Of a stretch of 64,000 bases of DNA, positions 25,243 through 37,686 are shown piece by piece. The position numbers and the translations under genes are program-made. Every line of letters begins with the position of its first letter. Position 1 is the stretch's first letter. This DNA comes from Eledone cirrhosa (lineage: Eukaryota), in contig OZ024742.1 of the NCBI GenBank assembly GCA_964016885.1, positions 89,404,001 through 89,468,000 on the forward strand, read 5' to 3'. Below the pieces are notes generated by a model that saw only the letters and a list, made by a program, of their open reading frames with translations, was not told the origin of the DNA and ran no database searches.

Positions 25243-27698
25243 ACTCCATCAGTTAGCGCGATCAGTCGCATATTTTGCCGTGTGAGACTATTTATTAAAT
25301 TTAAGATGAATACAATCTCCGACAGTAATGCCACAACTACAGCCAGGTTGAATAATTGGTTATTCTTCTAACTATCCCTTCTGAAGACACCTTTTATTCG
25401 AATTCGTAGAGATATCCGACTAAATACATAATTCATTTTACAAGGATTTGCTACAAACAACATGGTTGAACACAAAATCAACAAGAAAATTAAGGAAGTA
25501 TCGAAGACAAATAACAAAGAAGGTAATCAAACTTTATTCAGTTGTAGCTACAGAAGAAACCGAAATTATAAATCGCATTTCTCTTGGAGTTGCGAACTTA
25601 ATAATGATTTATTTAATTGTTATAAAATGGCAAAACACAATCCCTCCATTTGCTATATGAATAGAATGAAGCTACACTGGGACGAAATGCACCCATAACT
25701 AAATTATTTCACAGCGAAACAATTACACCAACAAGCGACGTTTGTTGAACGTAAAAATAAGATAAATATTATTAATTGTAAGTCCCCCACAACAAACCTG
25801 GAATAAACAACATGTGCTACAGATCGCCATGCTACTAGACTTCCTAGCAACCAGGTCGAACAGCGCCTTGAAACAACTATGCCTGTAAGAAACTTGACAC
25901 CACCTGTACCATCTAAGTCTACCTCGAATGCTGGGGAAAACACTATGGTTAATAACAATAATCGAAGAAATAAAAATAATAATCGAATAAATGTGACACC
26001 ACGTATACCATCCGAGTTTACCTCGACTGTTGTCGAAAATACTATCGATTATGATAATCAAAAGTATAAACAATTGAAAAATTCCCTCAACGAAAACTTT
26101 CAGAGAGAAATTAATTTATCTATAAATATCTCTCTGACTGAACGTGTTAAAATGACAATGGTGAATAAAAAACCAAATAATGAAATAGTACGTGTTATTG
26201 ACGAAATAGGGGATGAATATTTACGACGGATAAAAACCCCAACATTTTGGCAAATCAACGCCTGTTTATATGCCTTAGCAATGACAGTGAAGCATTATCT
26301 TGGTGATAGCAGAGATATTAACAAGAACAAAACACCACCAAAAATACCATCATATATAACTAGAATAGAAAAAAAGAGTGCTGACCTACGAAAAAACATA
26401 GGACATGTGACAATGCTCCTTACATGCAAACAAACACACAAAAAACACACTCCTCGCCAACAAAGAGTGAAAAGTAAAATAGAGACGATGTTTGGTAACA
26501 GTAGAACCAGAACTCCCCAATATAAGCTGATCACCCTCAAACAAGAATTGAGAGCTGTTAGCGAAAAACGCCGATACCTGAAGAAGGTAGATGAGAGAAA
26601 AATGCTTAATAAAAGATTCAGACGCAACCAAACATCAGTCTATAGAGATATAAAGGGCAAAATAATAAGCGTCACAGAGGCCCCATCCCAGAAAGACATA
26701 GATTCCTTTTGGAGAAAAATATGGGGTGAAAAGAAGAATTTCAACCAAGATGCAGTGTGGCTAAGAGAAATCCGAAAGAACTATTGCTGCTACACTACAA
26801 CAAAAACATACGAAATAAGTGAGGGTACCCTTGAGACTGTGATAGGAAAACTCCAAGATAAGAAAACACCAGGAAGAGACATGATTGTCGGCTACTGGTA
26901 CAAAAAACTAATATTCTATCGGAGGTATCTTACTGACCTCTACCAACAAGTTCTTAAGAGAGATACACTTATACCAGAATGGTTGACATTAGCACAAACG
27001 TTACTGGTCCCCAAGAACAAAGACACCCACTTGGCAAAAAACTACCGACCCATTGCATGCCAGAACCTGATGTATAAGATGTATACAGCCTGCCTGAACC
27101 TATTTCTCCAAGATCACTGTGAAAATAATAACATCATCACAGATGAACAAGCAGCTGGAAAGAAAAGGGTTTGGAGATGTGCTGAACAACTCCTAATCAA
27201 CAAAACTGCGATGTCGGAGGTGCGACAACTTAGGAGGAATATGATTACAGTCTGGCTGGACTACAAGAAAGCTTTCGATTCTGTTCCCCACTCTTGGATG
27301 ATAGAGGCCCTCCAACTTGCTAAAGTCCCAGCCATTATTGTCAGAGCCATAGAGAGGCTGTCTTCTTCTTGGGCTACTATCCTAAGGTTAAAGACAGAGA
27401 GGGAGGACTCTATTTTCACTGATAAAATAAAATATTGCAGGGGTATATTTCAGGGGGACAGTCTCTCTGTGATATTGTTCATCTTGTCATTAAACCCCTT
27501 GTCCTTTCTGCTCTAGAAATGTGAGGGATACATCATTGGCTCACAGGAGGAGAGAAATACGAACCTAACCCATAACTTCGTTGTGGACGATCTGAAACTC
27601 TATGCCAAGACCATGGATGGGATGAAGAAAAATCTTGACCTGGTTCCAACGTTCTCAAAGGATTTAGGAATGGAGTTTGGCCAAGATAAATGCTCATA
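25243..27698 (+). mobile_element. R4/Dong-clade element, 5' two-thirds (N-terminus and RT), decayed and 3'-deleted
   Basis: ORF 25879-27516 aligns with 19157-21895 (NYRPIACQN, WLDYKKAFDSVPH, GIFQGDSLS); stop at 27514, then FVVDDLKLY; frameshifted N-terminal region upstream. Confidence 0.9.
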
Positions 27699-28046
27699 CA
27701 CTGCACAAAGCCAGTCCCACTCTCTTAACCAAGATGATATTTACCAAAAAGAAGAACAAGTCAACATCATTGGATACCATCAGGGTTGCAGGTGTTATAT
27801 CAGAGTTTTCCTTCTCCTAGAATTCTGCCTTGACAAAGGCTAAGGGGTCATCTCTCCCGGTGATTTTGGATGGTCATTGACTCTTAAGAGCTCCTTTGCC
27901 CTTTGACAGGTTTTGTTTTTAGTCCTGCAGGATGTCCAAAGTCACCCTCCTCACCAAGAAACCTTGGTGGGGTGGCCAGTTTAGTCGCCAACGACCCGAC
28001 CATGAGACAGGTTGTACTGGGATACATGTTACCAGTAGCACCAACT
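27699..28046 (-). mobile_element. Non-autonomous RTE derivative, 5' half
   Basis: Matches 23572-23919. Confidence 0.85.
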
Positions 28047-28239
28047 ATATATACATACATACATACATACATACATACATACATACATACATACATACAT
28101 ACATACATACATACATACATGATGGCTGCCCCCTCGTTATCGAGTATGGCCATTGCACGAGGAGAAAAAAAAAATAAAATAAAAGAAATATATATATATA
28201 TATACATATACATACATATATATATGTATATATGTATAT

Positions 28240-28569
28240 ATGGTGGCTGCCAACTCGTTTTCGAGTACGGCCACTACTTTATATCCATGTAGGAGAACCC
28301 TTACCGATACGCTGAACGAGTGTGACTTTTTAGTCCAGCCAGCGACATGAAAACTCTGGTACAAACACTACACTTATGACAATTATTGACACATAGTGCT
28401 GGGCCGATGGTACCATGTGACGACAAGTCCAGAGAGATCTCCAGATATAAAGCAATGCCTGTGCCGTGAAGCTTTTATAGTGAGCAAAGGCACTGCACAA
28501 AGCCAGTCCCACTCTCTTAACCAAGATGATATTTACCAAAAAGAACAAATCAACATCATTGGATACCAT
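28240..28569 (-). mobile_element. Non-autonomous RTE derivative, 5'-truncated
   Basis: Matches 23321-23653. Confidence 0.85.
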
Positions 28570-28573
28570 ACAT

Positions 28574-28622
<49 letters not shown>

Positions 28623-28755
28623 TTAATAACAACAATAATAATAATAATAATAACAACAATAATAATAACGCAACAACAATAATAATATACATATATATAT
28701 ACACACACACGCACACACATAAGCATATCTATACACACACACACACACACACACG

Positions 28756-29130
28756 ATAGCAACTAACAGCGCTGCGATCGAATGTGGCTTATTAGCCCAG
28801 CCAATTATCTAAAATGTCTTGCACAGAGTCGGAAACCAAAACATTCACTGGGAATAGTCGGCTGTGGTTGGAGTTCTTGTACTCTTGCATGTCGCTTGAG
28901 CCCTCCTGCTGATTTACATTCTCTACCACATGTTTGGCAAGCATGATGAGTAGCATCTCCAACAACAGCCTGGTAGTCAACCACTGGTCTTACTTTATGA
29001 CTGCGAAGATGACTTTCGAGTCCAGCTTTGCTTAGGCAGAGTCTCGCACAGACGCTGCATGTCAAAACCATAGGAGGACCCTCGCCGTCTGGAAGTGCAA
29101 CAGCAATGCCCTTCCTCACATCCCGCTTTA
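28756..29130 (-). mobile_element. RTE-type LINE 3' end with tandem C2H2 fingers
   Basis: CSVCARLCLSKAGLESHLRSH and CQTCGRECKSAGGLKRHARV, ending at a (TG)n tail. Confidence 0.6.
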
Positions 29131-29989
29131 CTTTCTCGTATGCGAGACTAGAAAGGCCAGACTAAAAACAGCCTCCGCCAACGCATGACTGTCCATAGAT
29201 CCCAAATTAAAATACGCTAATACAGAAAAATACCACTGAGTGAACACATTGATATCTGTGCCGCCCAAAATCATCCCAACTTTAGAATCTTTCCTCTCTA
29301 CAAATTTAAAGATAATGCCACCCACACCCAGCGCATCATCAAGGAATCTCACTTTATTAACAAATACGGATCCCGTCTAAACACTTCTCCCTAAGACGAA
29401 GCCACAACATACACACGTCAACATACATACCTACATCAGCATACATCCTACATACATTTCTATCCACATATAAACACAATGACATACGTAAACACACATG
29501 TTCTATGGTGCAACACATATATACACAAATTTGCATACCTTTTGATGTTTATAGATATAAACGTGCTGACACAGAAACATACATATGCGCACACATGCAT
29601 TGCACACTGATGGGCACATACATGTTTGTACACAAGTATTCCCATACGACCGGGCCTAATAGATTTCCCTTGCAGTGCGCAAAATCTGGACACTGACACA
29701 CCCCTTTTATTATTAATGTTTTTGATGTTCTTTTGACAGAATCGTTTTTTGCAAATTACTGAAAATATCGAATAATGTACACCATTTTTACCAGTATCAC
29801 AAAAATACTGGTCCATCCACACACACACACACACACACATAGACACACACACCCACACATACACACATACACATACTCACGCGTACACTAACATACAAAC
29901 AGACACACACACCCTTCTCCGTATAAGACAAGAGATGAAAAATATCTTTCAACATGTTTAAATATCCCCCACACACGTACACACACATT

Positions 29990-32829
29990 CCTACTGACCG
30001 AATTTATTTCCTCTACCACGAACCACTCTGCTACACACACACACACACACACACATATTTGTCTTAATAAACTTATTTTTCAGTGACTTCTCAATCAGGC
30101 GAAAAAGGACACTCTTCGACAAACCTACATTTGGCGCAAAATCAATTTTTAACGTTCCCGTGACCTCTACCGACCAATCAAAATTATTTTGACTACAAGA
30201 ATGTTTGCAACACAAATTGGCGCGATATTTATAGTACTCATTCACGTGACATTCAGCAACCAACCAAATCTTAATACCTCTGGAGCCACTTTTTTCACAT
30301 AAAACAGGAAGAATTTCCAAAACTGATCAGATTAGAGCAAACATCACGAGCGCTCTATCTCAAAATTATTTTTGAAAAGCATTAGAAATACGCAACCGGT
30401 AAAAACTTAAAACTAAAACTGAATACTAACCAATACTTATTCCTAATTAAACTATTTTTCACTGGGAACAATTTTTCAGCATTTTCTTTTCCTTTTACTA
30501 ATATATATATATATACATGTGTTTTCAAATCATAAGTGATATAAACACACCATGGGAAGGGGGGGGTGGATATATTATCTACGTATAGAACAGTTTATAC
30601 AAATTAATTAAAATGATAAATCAAGGTATACAAACCGACCATAACTATTAACACCCTGGCAAGTTCAGAATAAAGCTATGTTTGGCAATTAAGTGAAGAC
30701 ATATAGATCAAGTATTGCTCGTCGTGGATGTCTGTGAAAAATATGCTCATCACAACTAAATAATAATTAGAAGACTAAAAACGCACGTGTGGTAAAAGAG
30801 GAAAGACACACGCGACCATCGTTCAACGCGGCGCAAATAAAGATTGTTCGACTACTAAAAATAGCACCCAGAACCATTCAACATATTACAGCTCTACTAA
30901 ATAACAGGAGCCGAGTATATTAAATTAAAATGTTAAAAACTCGCATGAAGACGAACATCCCTTTTAACCTAGCAAGAAGAATTTGCCCAATTGTCTCCAA
31001 TTTTGAAACGCGAAATAAAAGACTTCAAGAATTAAAGGAAAATCTACTCGAAAGACTACCCACCATTACTAATAAATAATGGAATAGAAAGTGCTAAAGC
31101 AATAAGCATTGATGAATTACGAAAACAAAAACAAATTCAAGGTACGTCCAATATTCTATCATATATCTCAACACACGACCCAAGAAATGCGGAACTTACA
31201 ACATTATTCGCAAGAACATCCCACTATTGAAACAAGACCCAAGAATGAAAAAAGCCCTTGAAACACACAAAATAATCAAAAGCAAAAGACAACCGAAATC
31301 AATAAAAACATTACTCACAAGATGCCAAATTACCCACCACAAACCTACAACCAACTGTCACAAAATGTGGGCACTCTAATTGTGGAACCTGCACTCACCT
31401 CATTGAAGGCAACACGTATACATTTCAATCAGGACAAAATTTTACTGTAAAAAATCACTTCACTTGCCCATCAAAAAATCTACTTTATGCCATTAAATGA
31501 ATGGCATAAACGAAGGATGCTATGACGATTATATAGGACACACTAAACTCACACTAAGAAACAGAATCATAGTTCATCGCCAACAATTACGAGATCCAAG
31601 CACGAGACAGATACCACTAAGTGCATATCTAGACATATGCGCAAGTAATAAGACACCCACATTCCAAGTCTTCCCATTTTACCTTTGCGCTGACAATACA
31701 ACAGAACAAATACGAATAAATAAGGGAAATATGTTTATTCAAAAATATAGACCAGCATTAAATATAGTTTAATAAACATTATGTCAACAACATAACATAC
31801 CAACCATCCAAACAGACACATACATACACACACCTTCTACTTTAGAAAATAAAAACCAAAACTAAATAAACCTTAACATACGTTAATACCCTAAAACCTT
31901 AACATGCTAACCACACCATCCACAAACACACACAAAATATATATTCTCCCACACACACACATAACACCCATACACACACACATACCCCCCCCACACACAC
32001 ACATAACACCCATACACACCCAAACAACTCCCTTCCCTATTTCTACTAATAGAATCATCTTCCCACACACACACACACAGGCACACAAATAAACATACAT
32101 ATCTCTACTTTCTTTATTTCAATAGAAAGTCTGAATTCTGACACACCAGCGAACCAGCCATATTTACTGAACCAGAACAATTCTGCCAATTCCATTTCTC
32201 TTGAACATTATCTTTTGTTTGTCTTAAAATTCTCTAAAAACTACAAAATAAATTCCCAAATACGGGCGCGAAATTTAATGAACTTGTTCACGTGACAGTC
32301 ATAAGTTCATTTATAACCAATCAAATTACATTAATAAAAAAAAGCCTTCGTGAGCCACCTTTTTTAAAGTAAAAAGAAATTCAAACAAACTGGCGCGAAA
32401 GCTGATGACTGCATCAACCAACCAAACTTCACTCATATATGAAAAGACAAGCTGAGCTGTCCTCCTCCTTGGTTTGAAGAACTAAGTAAGGCGAACTGGC
32501 GCGAAATTTATTATACTTAATCACCAACCAATCAAATTACTACTCTAAAAACCTGCCGTTTCAAGCCACTTTTTCCATATAAAACAAGTAACATTCAAAA
32601 ACCAACCAGATGTGAGAAAAACCACAGACCCTCCATCTCAACTCTACTTTTGAAAAGCAGAGGAACTGCGAAACCGGTAAAGGAACCAAATAAATATATA
32701 TATATTTTTTAAAATAAGACTCCAGTTGCATTTCTATTTCATCACTATTCCTTTTATATATATATATATATTGTCCATTATCCATATCACAATGGAAAAA
32801 CAATACTTGGTTTATTCATTATTTTTTTA

Positions 32830-32868
<39 letters not shown>

Positions 32869-33597
32869 AGACCATAGAATCATTAGATAAAATATATACA
32901 GTATTTCTTCTCCCAATCACCATAAATCAACCACATAAAAAATCATTTAAACGAGGCTATAAGTTTAAAATATACTTATGAAGAAACAATAGATAAATGA
33001 TATAGCTTCTTATCCGCAGTTGTAGCTACAAATAATTTACCTAGTATTTCTAATTGCCTGTAAAAATTGACTAGACATATAGGTAACCATACATAATTAT
33101 GTACAAAATCAAAATTAGAAGAAAAAGTGTACATAAACCTTACCAAAATCATCAAAATATCTCTAACCGCGTTGGTGTCATTCCATTTTTGGATATATCC
33201 GATCTTGGATAAATCAACGAGATTTGGAAATCATCAGGAGATAACTCAATTGGACAAAGATTTTTCTTACATGATCTCCGCCAGAAACGAATTCAAAATG
33301 GGTAAGAATTATGACGTGGCTAGTGGTCAAGGTAGAAAGTTTGTGATTGATGCCTGTCGGCGAGTACGATGGTTGCCAGAAAGCGCAGCTGAATACTGCC
33401 TAAAGTGTTACTCACCTTACGGGAGTATATAAAATTTAAAGGGTATATACATATAAACTAGACAAACTATATATATATAAAGAGGAATAAAAGAGGAAAG
33501 ACACACGCGGCCATCGCCCAAGGCGGCGCAAATAGAGATCGTTCGACTACTAAAAATATCACCAGAACCATTCAACATAATACTGCTCTACTTTAAT

Positions 33598-33603
<6 letters not shown>
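29990..33603 (+). mobile_element. Penelope-like element (Neptune-like) in partial tandem: upstream 3' region/pLTR, truncated thumb plus GIY-YIG, long 3' region
   Basis: NIPFNLARRIC, KCGHSNCGTC, YIGHTKLTLRNRIIVHRQQ..FIQKYRPALN; 30794-30906 repeated at 33488-33600; ~30370 is homologous to ~32648. Confidence 0.8.
32264..32540 (+). promoter_or_regulatory. Cluster of E2F sites, E-box and CCAAT boxes in the PLE 3' region
   Basis: GGCGCGAAA at ~32265, ~32392 and ~32498; CACGTGAC at 32289; CCAATCA at ~32317 and ~32528; same arrangement at 30131-30270. Confidence 0.5.
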
Positions 33604-33681
<78 letters not shown>

Positions 33682-33686
<5 letters not shown>

Positions 33687-33896
33687 ATTTAGTAGAGCTG
33701 TATTATGTTGAATGGTTTAGGGTGCTATTTTTAGAAGTCGAACGATCTCTATTTGCGCCGCGTTGGCCATGACCTCGTGTGTCTTTCCTCTTTTATCACA
33801 CGTGCGTTTTTAGTCTTCTAATTATTATTTAGTTGTGATGAGAATATTTTTCAGAGACATCCACCAACGAACAATACCTGATCTATATGTCTTCAT
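33682..33896 (-). mobile_element. Inverted solo pLTR of the 29990-33603 element
   Basis: Reverse complement of 30693-30906; tail-to-tail with 33488-33603 across (TA)n. Confidence 0.85.
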
Positions 33897-33924
33897 AATA
33901 ATTGTTTCTACTTTAGGCATCTTC

Positions 33925-33976
<52 letters not shown>

Positions 33977-33981
<5 letters not shown>

Positions 33982-35065
33982 TTAAAACAATGAAATAAAA
34001 AATCATGTTATTATAGATATACATCACTGCTTTACGAGCGTTTCTAGATGGTCATAATACATTGTATCTATACTTATACACAGTTATTGTTCTATGTAAG
34101 TTTACAAACTATCAGATAGAGAGAATGTTTACTTACATGCATATCACCAGCTGTTTTCAAAAGCAATAATAATTTTATTCAATAATAATTTTACTCAGAA
34201 TTAGTATTATGTCCATATTTGGAGGTAGTTAAAGAACTAACGAATCAAATTGTTTTTTTCATATGGTGTTAAGACGAAAAGTAATACACTTTAGTTGAGG
34301 TCATGACCCTTTGAAAGAAGTGGTTTAAAGGTGTTAGTAGAGATGGCATAAAAATCTATTAGGAAGGAAGTGGATTGTCAAACTGATAGTTGAATGTATC
34401 TTGTATAGTGAATTTAATAGGAATGTCAAAATAATTGGTGATTAGTGTTGAATTGAGTTTTAAGGTGAATATAAATATATTTTGACATTCCTTTTAAATT
34501 CACTATACAAGATACATTCAACTGTCAGTTTGACAATCCCCTTCCTTCCTAATAGATTTTTATGCCATTTCTACTAACACCTTTCAACCATTCCTTTCAA
34601 AGTGTCATGAACGCAACTAAAGTGTATTACTTTTCATCTTAACACCATATGAAAAAAACAATTTGATTCGTTAGTTCTTCAACTACCTCCAAATATGGAC
34701 ATGATACTAATTCTGAGTAAAATTATTATTGAATGAAATTATTATTGCTTTTGAAAACAGCTGGTGATATGCATGTAAGTAAATATTCTCTCTATCTGAT
34801 AGTTTGTAAACTTACATAGATCAATAACTGAGTATAGATACAATGTATTATGACCATCTAGAAACGATCGTAACGCAGTGAAGTATATCTCTAATGAGTT
34901 CATTTTTTATTTCATTGTTTTAACTTATATCATGACTCTGTTTTCCTTTTAATGTGTTAATGTTTTCTGCGATTTATCTTAACCTACAACATTTTCAACA
35001 TATGGATTACATTGAGTTCTTCATACATAATAGACCCCAGAACTTACAGTAGATACCTCTGTGTA
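33977..35065. repeat. Foldback element, ~450-bp inverted arms (PLE-type)
   Basis: 33977-34433 is the reverse complement of 34478-34929; same family at 43770-43945 and 59775-60325. Confidence 0.85.
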
Positions 35066-35139
35066 TGTATATATATATATAATATAATATAATGAAATGA
35101 CAGGAGGCTGGATTTGTGTAAATCCTTGAAAGGTTTATT

Positions 35140-35197
35140 ATACTATGATAATTTCAATGACCGGGTTCCGTATGAATCCGGTGATATCATCAGGTAT
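35140..35197 (-). ncRNA. Hammerhead ribozyme motif (U10.1/U11.1 variant)
   Basis: Reverse complement of AUAC-CUGAUGA-UAUCACCGG..CCGGUCAUU-GAA-AUUAUCAU-A-GUAU. Confidence 0.75.
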
Positions 35198-37244
35198 TCG
35201 AAATATAAAACGTGAATGTAATAGATAAAATCCATGGGGCTCAAAATCGAGGACCTGAGGGCGATCGCTATCCTGTACCTTCTACCTTAGCCGGTCGCCC
35301 TCGAATGACGTGGCTAAAGCTTACAGTGTGCTACTACCGGTCAGATAAAGGAAAACAGAAAGGGATGGGAACATAAGTTAGCGTTAATCTCATGCCACAA
35401 GACAAAAGAAAGAAAGAAAGGAGGGAGAGAGAAGAAGGGGGAAGGAAGAAGAAGAGAAGCTAGGGTTAATGTCAGCTATAAGAAGAAAGACAGAAAGAAA
35501 CGGAGGAAAGGTCGGTATTACAGTTAGGCCAGGATTGTCGCGAAGAAATTGTTTTTTTATTCTACGGGACACGTATCTAAACAACTACTACCGGTCAGAT
35601 ATAGGCAAACAAAAGAGGGGAAGGAAGATAAGTCTGCGGGAGGAAGACAGAAAGAGGGGAGAATAGAAGGTAGAGAATGAAGAAGTAGAAAAGTAAGGGT
35701 TGGTGGCTACAAGAAGGAAGATAGAAAGCAATAGGAAGAAAGGTCGATATTAATGTCAGACTACAGTCAGGCCAGGAGTGGCGCGAGAAAATTTTCACAG
35801 GGACCCGTATCTTAGCAGAGGTGAATATATTGGGGGTCAGTGTGTTATAATGTGTGAGCAGAATATTGGAACGTTACGTTTTTGTTTAGACTTATAGGAT
35901 GAAGTTAAAAATTAATAATTAATATTTAATATTAAAGAAATTAGAAAATTTAAAGTTAAGCAGTTTAACATTTTAAGGTTGATATATCTAATAATTCTGA
36001 TTTGATCTGTAATTTAAAGGTACTATGTGGTGGTTAAAACACCGGCCGCGCTCCGGGCCCCAGGGGAGAATTAAGCCACTCCGAGTAGTTTCATTTACCG
36101 AAAGAAGGGGAAATTTATTTTCCCAAGCACTCGAGGTAGGCCCATGCACCAGGGGGCTGGTCGCGCCGCCATTCAAACCCACCCAACAGTCCGACAGAAA
36201 GTTGGAACTTTAAAATATTGTTTAAATTTATAGGATGAAGTTGAAAAGATTTATAATTAATACTTAATATTAAAGAAATTAGAAAATTTAAAGTTAAACA
36301 GTTTAACATTTTGAAGTTGATATATCTAATAGTTCTGATTTGATCTGTAATTTATAGGTACTATGTGGCGGTTAAAACACCGGCCGCGCTCCGTGCCCCG
36401 GGGGCGAATTAAGCCACTCCGAGTAGTTTCATTTACCGAAAGAAGGGGAAATTTATATTTCCAAGCACTCCAGGTAGGCCCATGCGCCAGGGGGCTTGTT
36501 GCGCCGCCATCAAAACCCACCCAGCAGTCCGACTGAAAATTGGAACTCTAAAATCTTGCTTAAATTTATAGGATGAAGTTGAAAGAATTTAGAATAACAT
36601 TATAAAATTAAAGAGTAAGAAGATTGAGTATTGAACAAACAGAAAAATGAAAATTAAACATTTAAAAAAACTTCTATGAGGTTTTGGGTTGCGGGGTTTA
36701 ATTAAAGAGAGTCTTTTATGAAAAAACGCTAATTGTATTATGTAGATCTATAAGTTATCCTAGTGGGATGTAGAGTACGGGATATAGTCGTGTAATATTT
36801 ATTTTTGTTCTCAGGGGGAGACATTCTAGTGTCGTGTGCTAATGGGTACAAGTGAGCAAAAGTCCCAATAGGAGGAGTAGAAATACATGGATACATAGAA
36901 GTGGAATACGTGGAAGAGCACATTGATAAAGCAAAGGTATAAATATATAAACATATCAATATATAAATATAAATATGTAAATAAAGAAATAAGAGTGGTG
37001 TTGGAGTAAGATGGAGAAATCAAGACATAGGAGAAGTACAATATAGTTCAGGTTGCAGTATTTACCACTTGACAGAGCTGGTCTATTCCGTATTGTCAAT
37101 CGTAATGTAATAATATAGAGAGTACTCAACGTAAAGCAATTCAACCGTCTTTGTTTTTGTAGTTGGTGGTGCTATTACGGAGTTAAATATATTATAATGA
37201 AATGACAGGAGGCTGGATTTGTGTAAATCCTTGAAAGGTTTATT

Positions 37245-37302
37245 ATACTATGATAATTTCAATGACCGGATTCCGTATGAATCCGGTGATATCATCAGGT
37301 AT
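37245..37302 (-). ncRNA. Hammerhead ribozyme motif
   Basis: Same family as 39730. Confidence 0.75.
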
Positions 37303-37628
37303 TGGAAATATAATATGTGAATGTAATAGATAAAATCCATGGGCTGAAAATCGAGGACCCGAGGGCGATCTCTATCCTGTACCTTCTACCTTAGCCGGTC
37401 GCCCTCGAGTGAAGTGGCCAAAGCTTACAGTGTGCTACGACCAGTCAGATAAAGGAAAACAGAAAGGGATGGGAACATAACATGACCGGTAGTAGCACAC
37501 TGTAAGCTTTGGCCACGTCACTCGAGGGCGACCGGCTAAGGTAGAAGGTACATGATAGCGATCGGCCTCGGGTCCTCGATTTTCAGCCCCATGGATTTCA
37601 TCTATTACATTCACGTATTATATTTCGA

Positions 37629-37686
37629 ATACCTGATGATATCACCGGATTCATACGGAACCCGATCATTGAAATGATTATAGTAT
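37629..37686 (+). ncRNA. Hammerhead ribozyme motif
   Basis: Same family as 39730. Confidence 0.75.

Noticed and set aside
36078-36110. CCGAGUAGU..CGAAAG resemblance to HCV-type IRES domain IIId / loop E
   Set aside because: The closing pair is not kept in diverged copies, there is no GGG loop, and G-U pairs favour the opposite strand.
35988-36520. Duplicated 62-64-aa ORFs (SAWKNKFPLLSVNE..) as a small protein family
   Set aside because: No ATG start, and no frame is conserved in all six copies; substitutions fit base pairing better than codons.
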